DNA of 4,695 nucleotides from a virus (lineage: Duplodnaviria > Heunggongvirae > Uroviricota > Caudoviricetes): IMG/VR virus record IMGVR_UViG_2541047874_000001; one strand, 5' to 3'. The notes under the pieces are model-generated. The model was not told the DNA's origin, searched no databases, and saw only the letters and a program-made list of their open reading frames with translations. This document shows, one piece after another, positions 1-4,695 of this stretch. The position numbers and the translations under genes were made by a program. Within the stretch, counting starts at the first letter, position 1; every line of letters starts with the position of its first letter.

Positions 1-1
1 A

Positions 2-592
2 GAACGCCGTGATCTGTTGAATAACGTTCTGCGCATTGGTGGTTTTATGACACCAAAAGGGAAGCCTAAAGTGCCGGAAGCACTGTTTAAAAACATCTGC
101 GACTCTCTCGGCCTAAAAACAGGAAAACGTCGCGGCAGAGATGGCGATAAGCGCCCGACATTGCGTTTTGTTGAGCCTGAGTCTGTAGCATTTATGCTTG
201 ATATTCTTGCGCAACGTCAGGAGGACGGTATGACGTTGAAAGCTCGCAAGGCGGAAAAATCAACGACCGAAGTGGATCGCGATTTGTCATTAAATATATA
301 TATGAATGGTGAAACGCGATCCACAAACACGGTGGAACAGGATTCCCCTCGTTCAGCTATATCACAGGCTTTGGCCGTATTGCCGGTGGCTGTTCCTGAG
401 TCCTGGGCGATGAGTGCTCTGCCATCAGCTGAACTGGAATCTATCAGGGGGTGGTCAGTTGACAGCATCGCATACACGTTTGCAGCCCTTTATATGACTG
501 AGTTTATGGATTTGCTGTCCGGTCATGAGATTAAGTTGCTGAAGGCTTTTATAGGCCCACGACATGCCAGCGATGAGTTTTGTGTAGTTTAG
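2..592 (+). CDS. 3' end of a larger ORF truncated by the window edge; probably C-terminus of a RepA-like replication (primase/helicase) protein. A stand-alone 181-aa protein starting at ATG 47 cannot be excluded
   Basis: Frame 2 is open from position 2 with no stop until TAG at 590..592. The listed TTG start at 17 has no SD. ATG at 47 is preceded by a weak GGTGG. I see no recognisable catalytic motif in these 196 residues, so the product call rests on synteny with N15 (repA adjacent to the antirepressor locus, same strand), not on sequence recognition. Confidence 0.45.
   Translation, partial: ERRDLLNNVLRIGGFMTPKGKPKVPEALFKNICDSLGLKTGKRRGRDGDKRPTLRFVEPESVAFMLDILAQRQEDGMTLKARKAEKSTTEVDRDLSLNIYMNGETRSTNTVEQDSPRSAISQALAVLPVAVPESWAMSALPSAELESIRGWSVDSIAYTFAALYMTEFMDLLSGHEIKLLKAFIGPRHASDEFCVV
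273..323. repeat. 9-bp inverted repeat (TGGATCGCG 273..281 / CGCGATCCA 315..323) flanking an AT-rich spacer with an (AT)5 tract at 294..303; each arm carries a GATC site
   Basis: Read directly from the sequence; it lies inside the coding region of the 2..592 ORF. One such 9-bp inverted repeat within 50 bp is roughly expected by chance in 4.7 kb, so significance is modest. Confidence 0.3.
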
Positions 593-717
593 AGGGTAGA
601 AGCGTGGGAATGATGCAAGAGTGCCTCGTTTTGATTGAAGGGTATGAGCCGTATGTTGTTAACGTCAGCAGAATGGCTGATGCTAAAAAAGTTGATTGAG
701 TTGTGGAAGGAGTATTT

Positions 718-942
718 ATGAACTGTAACAAAAATGAAGAAACTCGCCTGGTTTGGACGGTAGTCATCGGAGATAAAAAGGGCGGTGAAGAGCCTCATTT
801 TGATTATTCTGTGGCTTTGCAGGCTCTCATCCTTGAAGCGCAGAGATACCAACAAGAGATGCAGAAGAACCCTCAACTGGAACCTCGACCAATTGGCCTA
901 TTCTGCGAGCGAGTATCAGCGGCGGAACTCCCTGATATCTGA
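718..942 (+). CDS. Hypothetical small protein (74 aa), no recognisable domain
   Basis: ATG at 718 preceded by a strong SD, GGAAGGAG (706..713), with 4-nt spacing; stop TGA at 940..942. The listed GTG at 703 overlaps the SD and is a less likely start. The overlapping +ORF 785..970 has no SD and is treated as a shadow ORF. Confidence 0.55.
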   Translation: MNCNKNEETRLVWTVVIGDKKGGEEPHFDYSVALQALILEAQRYQQEMQKNPQLEPRPIGLFCERVSAAELPDI

Positions 943-955
943 TGCCCTCCAACGG

Positions 956-977
956 CTGATCAGGTTCTGATCAGTTA
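956..977. repeat. Tandem 11-bp repeat containing two copies of the 8-bp palindrome CTGATCAG (956..963 and 967..974), each with a Dam GATC site, 11 bp apart
   Basis: Read directly from the sequence: CTGATCAGgtt CTGATCAGtta. The GATC sites at 958..961 and 969..972 are one helical turn apart. Confidence 0.5.
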
Positions 978-1003
978 GTAAAGCAAACTATAAAAACACC
1001 TGT

Positions 1004-1023
1004 CCCCGTGACTGGTCACGGGG
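1004..1023 (+). terminator. GC-rich hairpin (CCCCGTGAC tg GTCACGGGG), possible terminator or protein-binding palindrome after the upstream genes
   Basis: 9-bp perfect inverted repeat with a 2-nt centre. Followed by TAAAATG rather than a U-run, so it is a weak intrinsic terminator at best. Confidence 0.3.
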
Positions 1024-1043
1024 TAAAATGTCTTTGCAAATTA

Positions 1044-1073
1044 TTGACGTGTGCGTCGTTTTGACGGTAAAGT
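1044..1073 (+). promoter_or_regulatory. Candidate sigma70 promoter for the leader and antirepressor operon (-35 TTGACG 1044..1049, 18-bp spacer, -10 TAAAGT 1068..1073)
   Basis: Hexamer match only. A second TTGACG sits at 1061..1066, and an alternative extended -10-like TGTGTATATAAG sits at 1160..1171 just after the terminator. The true transcription start cannot be decided from sequence. Confidence 0.25.
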
Positions 1074-1135
1074 TACTCCGCTGCGGTAAATCCCGCAGCC
1101 GGGCGTGAGAACCCGAATATCCCAAGCGACGCACA

Positions 1136-1158
1136 ACACGCGCCAGCGTGTTTTTTTT
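1136..1158 (+). terminator. Rho-independent terminator
   Basis: Perfect 6-bp stem ACACGC (1136..1141) / GCGTGT (1146..1151), 4-nt loop GCCA, immediately followed by a run of Ts through 1158. Confidence 0.75.
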
Positions 1159-1190
1159 GTGTGTATATAAGCCTGCGCATATCCGAATTA

Positions 1191-1267
1191 TGGTGGCTCA
1201 GGCGGGGCAGCCGAAAGGCTGGCCGGTATCGTTTGGGCCGGTATTCTCACCCCCGTCTGGGCTACCA
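1191..1267 (+). ncRNA. Candidate structured regulatory RNA of the phage P1 c4 / P4 CI / N15 CA antisense class (about 77 nt)
   Basis: Closing helix 1191..1207 with 1251..1267 (17 pairs: 14 Watson-Crick plus 3 G-U). Inner hairpin CAGCC-GAAA-GGCTG (1208..1221) with a GNRA tetraloop. A second short CCGG-based hairpin (1223..1241). A single-stranded stretch UAUUCUCAC (1242..1250) whose core TTCTCAC (1244..1250) is complementary to GTGAGAA inside both copies of the direct repeat GCGTGAGAAC (1103..1112 and 1278..1287). Exact RNA ends are unknown; an alternative is a short RNA from about 1081 to the terminator at 1158. Confidence 0.4.
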
Positions 1268-1327
1268 CCCCCTTAGAGCGTGAGAACTCTGGTGGTAGCA
1301 CTGTTCTTCCAAACAAGAGTGCATACC

Positions 1328-1492
1328 ATGTTCAAATTCAAATTTGCGGCAGTCGTTCGCACAGACAAAAAGTCACACATCCATCATCTTTCCACTATCG
1401 CGTCATCTGAACGGGAAGCTCGTCGCCAGTTCGCCAGCCGGTTTGTCCTGGTATTGTCTGCCCGTATTCCGGTGCGCGAGGTGGCTGCATGA
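1328..1492 (+). CDS. Hypothetical small basic protein (54 aa), first gene of the antirepressor operon; occupies the position of icd in P1/N15-type immunity operons
   Basis: ATG at 1328 with a weak SD, AAGAG (1315..1319); stop TGA at 1490..1492 overlaps the next start (ATGA). The listed GTG start at 1280 lies inside the structured leader and is judged less likely. The icd assignment is positional only. Confidence 0.45.
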   Translation: MFKFKFAAVVRTDKKSHIHHLSTIASSEREARRQFASRFVLVLSARIPVREVAA

Positions 1493-1722
1493 ATCAGGTA
1501 AAAATGAACACTGTTGGCCTGCTGGAATCGTTGGATGAACGTCTGGCTCAGGTCTATGCGCTTGTGTCATCAGCCCATCGTACAGTCTCCAGTTGTGAGG
1601 CGTCGATTTATCTCTCAGAAGCCGGGAAGCTCCTTCAAATCGCGTGTGAGTTGACACACAAAGCACAGGGGTATTCAGCATCTCTCTCGTCGCAATTGCA
1701 GCACAATAAGGAGGCCAAATGA
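1489..1722 (+). CDS. Hypothetical protein (77 aa), middle gene of the antirepressor operon (antA position)
   Basis: ATG at 1489 preceded by GAGGTGG (1478..1484); ATGA overlap with the upstream stop and again with the downstream start at 1719, indicating translational coupling. Confidence 0.6.
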   Translation: MNQVKMNTVGLLESLDERLAQVYALVSSAHRTVSSCEASIYLSEAGKLLQIACELTHKAQGYSASLSSQLQHNKEAK

Positions 1723-2501
1723 GCGCGTTAGCTGTATTTTCGTTTCAGGAAGAGCATCAGGTTCGTGTAGTGATGATTGATAGCGATCCGTGGTTTGTAG
1801 CGGCTGATGTTTGTAATGCCATCGGGATTATCAATCATCGTGATGCTGTTGGTAAGTTGGATGAAGACGAAAAGGGGGTCGGTTCAACAGACACCCTTGG
1901 AGGTAAACAGGGAGTGACAATTATCAACGAATCCGGCCTCTATACCCTAATCCTCCGCTGCCGTGATGCGGTGAAGCAAGGCACAACAGCTTGGCGGTTT
2001 CGCAAATGGGTAACGAACGAAGTCTTGCCCTCTATTCGCAAAAATGGAGAGTACGTTTACATCGAGCCTGAGCCAATGCGAGCAGCAGAGCCGTTGAACT
2101 GGAGGCAGAAAGAGTATCTGCGAGGGCTGATTAACGATATAGCACAAAGTTTTCAGTACCGAAATGCCTGGATTAGCGGTGTATGGTTAGCTTTGCGTCG
2201 GGCGTGTCGTAATCCGTCCCCGAACCCCATAACTGTTGATGATTTGCCAGCAATTACGGCAGAACTGCGCCGGATTTTGACGGCTGCTGAGTCGGCATTG
2301 GGGAACATGCGCACGTATGAACGAGAGTTGTTGCGTGATGTTGTTCGTGGGGGTAGGCGGAGTATGTCGTGTGGTGATTTGCCCATCACCGATATTAACT
2401 CTGATCTGGAAAAGGCGTTACCCGCGCATTTTGAACTGGCAGTTCAAAAACTTGAGCAGTTATCCGCGCAGTTAAAGCCAGCAGAAATCACTAATAAATA
2501 G
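1719..2501 (+). CDS. Bro-N domain protein, phage antirepressor-like (260 aa)
   Basis: ATG at 1719 preceded by AAGGAGG (1708..1714). The N-terminal ~110 aa match the Bro-N pattern as I know it (FSFQ..VRVV..D..PWFVAADVCNAIGI...DAVGKLDEDEKG...INESGLYTLILR...A..F.KWVTNEVLPSIRKNGEYVY). The C-terminal ~130 aa do not look like the usual KilA-C/ANT domain to me. Confidence 0.85.
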   Translation: MSALAVFSFQEEHQVRVVMIDSDPWFVAADVCNAIGIINHRDAVGKLDEDEKGVGSTDTLGGKQGVTIINESGLYTLILRCRDAVKQGTTAWRFRKWVTNEVLPSIRKNGEYVYIEPEPMRAAEPLNWRQKEYLRGLINDIAQSFQYRNAWISGVWLALRRACRNPSPNPITVDDLPAITAELRRILTAAESALGNMRTYERELLRDVVRGGRRSMSCGDLPITDINSDLEKALPAHFELAVQKLEQLSAQLKPAEITNK

Positions 2502-2637
2502 GGTTGGCCAGCCCGAATTCATGCTCTTCTTAGTGAGGGGAAGTTTCGCAGTCGGGGCGGTGATGTCTGTGGTTGCAGCCGCGTTTCCACCGTTACTTCT
2601 GCCCTTTGCAGGGGGCGGGCGAGGCAGGCCACATAAC

Positions 2638-2663
2638 AAGGCACCGATTAATTCGGTGCCTTT
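2638..2663. terminator. Bidirectional terminator-like hairpin between the convergent antirepressor and protelomerase genes
   Basis: 10-bp perfect stem AAGGCACCGA (2638..2647) / TCGGTGCCTT (2653..2662), 5-nt loop TTAAT; 11 bp past the protelomerase stop (TAA, complement of 2674..2676) and 137 bp past the Bro-N gene stop. The T-tracts are short (3 Ts on +), so termination is likely partial. Confidence 0.5.
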
Positions 2664-2673
2664 AACGTATGCT

Positions 2674-4569
2674 TTAGCCGAAATATGTCAGCCATGCTAA
2701 CTGCATTGCTGACATGGGGCTGTTTGCACTGCCTGACCACGCATAATTCTGGCCATTATAATGAAACTCGACAACGTATGAGCCATCACCAATATTTCTC
2801 ACTGGCTTAAATACCGGCTTAGATACAGGCGAAGAAGGTGCAGGCGGTTGCTGTTCTTCTACGCTCTCTTCCTCTTCCTCTTCCTCTATCTCAATTTCGT
2901 CGTCATCCAGATCGTCATCCTCTGATAATTCATCCGCCAGTTCAGGTATTGCTTCCAGTTCTTCTTCGTCAGGCATAACGATTTCTGGAGTATCTATTTT
3001 CAGTTGCCATTGTCCGTTTTCGCCAACAAATTGCCCCAGAGCATCAGCAGCAAATTCCAGGTATCGACTAATCATTGTTGGGCTAAATTTGAACGCTCTT
3101 AGAGTGCTGTTCGTGATTTTTATAGAGGGGTCCTGCTCTACCAGCTGCTTAACTGTGTTATGCAGACGAACCCCGGCATCTCCTCTGGCGAATCCAGGCA
3201 TTTCGTCATCAAGCTGCTGCAATGCTTCCAGCCTGGTATTTTCGTTTCCAGTATTTGGCCTCCATGTCTTTGAGAAGTTGGCCAGCTTGAATTGCTTATA
3301 GTGTAATTGAGTGTTTTCATCGTCATGGCCTAAGATTTCCATAAAGAAAACATCCTCATCTACGTTTTTCCAACGAGGATCTACGCGGAAAAACATTTCA
3401 TACGCAATACGGGCATAAATAGCACGACTATCTTTATAAACACGGCGGTCATCTTTGAAAAATGATTTAACCCACGGGTTAAAAGCCTTTGCTAATATGG
3501 CATTAATACGTCCGTTTTCAGAGCGTGTGTCGTTATCTCCATAACCTTTAACGACATCATCAAAATCAGATGCTGCTGGGCATGAGCGAAGTACATTTAT
3601 TAAATAAACAAATGTTTTTGCTTCGCATAATGTATATATTTTTCTGGTTATATCATCAGAAGTTCTTTTTTTAGCTTGGCCTAAAAAATCAACGGTATAC
3701 TTACCAGAAACAGTAAATGTACCTTGATACATAATCTCAATCATTCGTCTTCCTGACAATGCAGCAAGTGCAAATGCCAAAGGAGCCATACCTGAACGAG
3801 TGTTTAGATTATTTAATGTAGCAGGGCTATTTATAATATCGTAAATAGCTTGCATATATTTAGGGTAATCAATGACCACCACGTTACGTTTCTTATTGTG
3901 CAGAACGTCCGCCCATCGTTGCTGGATAGATGCGCGTTCGGCAGGGCTTAGTTGAAGATGATAGAGAATCTCATGGTTAACTTTTAGCTGATTCAACTCC
4001 TCAAGCAAGGCAGATCCTTGCTGTAGTAATTTATATAAATAATCGCGCTTATCTTTCCAGTTATCGCTAGTTAAATCAGAAATGGCGAATTGCCACTCTT
4101 TATATTTATTTGATAATTTTAATAACTTATTATGACTTTTGTTATCACCAATTCTGATATTAGATAAATCTTCTGATAAAGGGAGAATTAATTTTAATTT
4201 TGCCTGTAAAGCTGACATTCTCTGTCGAATATCGGCAGCAGGTAGAGAAAGCCATGACAATAGCTCCTCATTATATAAAGGATACTTTTCAGATAGGCGA
4301 TGTATATTTTTTTCAAAGCTATGATGAAGTTTATCATCAAACCGTTTTCTGGCCCTGCTCATATAGGCATTGAATGTGTTGGCTGTAATTCTTTTTTCTA
4401 ATCCTTTCCCCCTAAACTTTCGCTTGTCATTAAATAATGCATTTTTAAATTTTAATGCAACAGCCTTTATTTTTTTTGTTTTTTCCCCTTGAGGACGGTC
4501 AGAGTTATCTATTGACTCAACATCGCTAACAAGTGAGTTTATTAATTCACCGATTTTTACTTTGCTCAT
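2674..4569 (-). CDS. telN: Protelomerase (telomere resolvase), TelN/TelK family, 631 aa
   Basis: The whole ORF reads as the TelN/TelK family from memory (MSKVKIGELIN..., NALFNDKRKFRGKGLEKRITANTFNAYMSRARKRFDDKLHHSF, SGRRMIEIM, RINAILAKAFNPWVKSF, KDSRAIYARIAYEMFFRVDPRW, ILGHDDENTQLHYKQFKLANF). 631 aa equals the length I recall for N15 TelN. The tyrosine in LHYKQF is residue 424 (codon TAT, complement of 3298..3300), the reported catalytic position; Arg275 and His415 are also present. SD GGAGAGGA lies 5 nt upstream of the ATG on the - strand. Confidence 0.93.
   Translation of the reverse strand: MSKVKIGELINSLVSDVESIDNSDRPQGEKTKKIKAVALKFKNALFNDKRKFRGKGLEKRITANTFNAYMSRARKRFDDKLHHSFEKNIHRLSEKYPLYNEELLSWLSLPAADIRQRMSALQAKLKLILPLSEDLSNIRIGDNKSHNKLLKLSNKYKEWQFAISDLTSDNWKDKRDYLYKLLQQGSALLEELNQLKVNHEILYHLQLSPAERASIQQRWADVLHNKKRNVVVIDYPKYMQAIYDIINSPATLNNLNTRSGMAPLAFALAALSGRRMIEIMYQGTFTVSGKYTVDFLGQAKKRTSDDITRKIYTLCEAKTFVYLINVLRSCPAASDFDDVVKGYGDNDTRSENGRINAILAKAFNPWVKSFFKDDRRVYKDSRAIYARIAYEMFFRVDPRWKNVDEDVFFMEILGHDDENTQLHYKQFKLANFSKTWRPNTGNENTRLEALQQLDDEMPGFARGDAGVRLHNTVKQLVEQDPSIKITNSTLRAFKFSPTMISRYLEFAADALGQFVGENGQWQLKIDTPEIVMPDEEELEAIPELADELSEDDDLDDDEIEIEEEEEEESVEEQQPPAPSSPVSKPVFKPVRNIGDGSYVVEFHYNGQNYAWSGSANSPMSAMQLAWLTYFG
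2851..2970 (-). other. Poly-acidic low-complexity tract within the protelomerase (residues about 534..573, including EEEEEEE), encoded by CTC/TTC repeats on the + strand
   Basis: Translation DEEELEAIPELADELSEDDDLDDDEIEIEEEEEEESVEE; the + strand reads ctcttcctcttcctcttcctc around 2861..2885. Confidence 0.8.
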
Positions 4570-4640
4570 CTTTCCTCTCCTGATTATCCGCTCGGATTAT
4601 CGTAACACAATTTGAGAATAAGATAACTAATAACGCGTTA
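4570..4640 (-). promoter_or_regulatory. Protelomerase 5' region: ribosome-binding site plus candidate operator or promoter repeats
   Basis: Direct repeat GATTATC at 4582..4588 and 4595..4601 (GATAAT, -10-like, on the - strand); 10-bp perfect palindrome TAACGCGTTA at 4631..4640; imperfect inverted repeat TATCCGCT (4585..4592) / AGCGGATA (4669..4676). No -35/-10 pair with good spacing identified. Confidence 0.25.
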
Positions 4641-4695
4641 ACTTAGCCACAAACTAACAGAACACAATAGCGGATAGTAAACAAAAACACAATAT

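Larger units (their letters stand above)
1..4695. mobile_element. Segment of an N15-like linear phage-plasmid genome (replication gene 3' end, RNA-controlled antirepressor operon, protelomerase gene)
   Basis: Gene content and order: protelomerase (- strand) convergent with a Bro-N antirepressor operon preceded by a structured leader, downstream of a large ORF running in from the window edge. This matches the telN / immA / repA neighbourhood of phage N15 as I recall it. Strong compositional mosaicism (about 23% GC at 4141..4200 versus about 68% at 1201..1260). No integrase or transposase in the window. Confidence 0.7.

Noticed and set aside
631-657. Promoter TTGATT-15 bp-TATGTT upstream of the 74-aa ORF
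   Set aside because: Spacer of 15 bp is too short for a standard sigma70 promoter; nothing else supports it.
217-876. Minus-strand ORFs 217..477, 549..767 and 589..876
   Set aside because: They lie antisense to, or overlap, the better-supported + strand genes, lack SD sequences, and have low-complexity translations; treated as shadow ORFs.
785-970. + strand ORF of 61 aa overlapping the 74-aa gene in another frame
   Set aside because: No ribosome-binding site and almost wholly contained within the better-supported 718..942 CDS.
1191-1267. tRNA gene
   Set aside because: Right length (77 nt) and a long closing helix, but the helix is 17 pairs rather than a 7-bp acceptor stem and there is no D-arm/anticodon/T-arm cloverleaf; better explained as a c4/CI-like structured RNA.
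1280-1538. GTG start at 1280 for the first operon gene, and the overlapping ORF 1344..1538
   Set aside because: The GTG lies inside the leader's direct repeat and stem-loop and has no SD; ATG 1328 with AAGAG upstream is preferred. ORF 1344..1538 is an alternative frame without SD.
1403-2389. Minus-strand ORFs 1403..1681, 1947..2147 and 2153..2389
   Set aside because: Antisense to the coupled + strand operon, which has SD sites and a recognisable Bro-N domain; no independent support.
3089-4324. Small ORFs inside the protelomerase gene (3089..3301 +, 3138..3326 -, 4139..4324 +)
   Set aside because: Embedded in or opposite a confidently identified 631-aa protelomerase reading frame.
4570-4695. 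Telomere resolution site (telRL/tos-type palindrome) within the window
   Set aside because: Only a 10-bp palindrome and short repeats are present; a resolution site should be a much longer palindrome, so it probably lies beyond 4695.
1-4695. CRISPR array, integrase, transposase or IS element
   Set aside because: No regularly spaced direct repeats, no terminal inverted repeats bounding an ORF, and no translation resembling these enzyme families. The only recombinase-like protein is the protelomerase.

Overview
Best-supported reading: this window is a segment of an N15-like linear phage-plasmid (a 'telomere phage' that lysogenises as a linear plasmid with hairpin ends). It is a described class of system rather than an obviously new one; all family assignments are from reading the translations and synteny, since no database search could be run. 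Left to right: (i) the 3' end of an ORF that is open to the window edge (2..592, +), probably the C-terminus of the large replication protein; (ii) a 74-aa orphan ORF with a strong Shine-Dalgarno (SD) site; (iii) a ~360-bp GC-rich, highly structured non-coding leader (about 970..1327) with a textbook rho-independent terminator, a 17-bp closed multi-hairpin RNA element, and a 10-nt direct repeat whose core is complementary to a single-stranded stretch of that RNA; (iv) three translationally coupled genes (54 aa, 77 aa, 260 aa), the last a clear Bro-N-domain antirepressor-like protein; (v) a convergent 631-aa protelomerase gene (2674..4569, -) with the catalytic tyrosine at residue 424. The most interesting part is the leader, which looks like a phage P1 c4 / P4 CI / N15 CA-type antisense-RNA immunity switch. 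The telomere resolution site itself was not found inside the window and is expected just beyond 4695.
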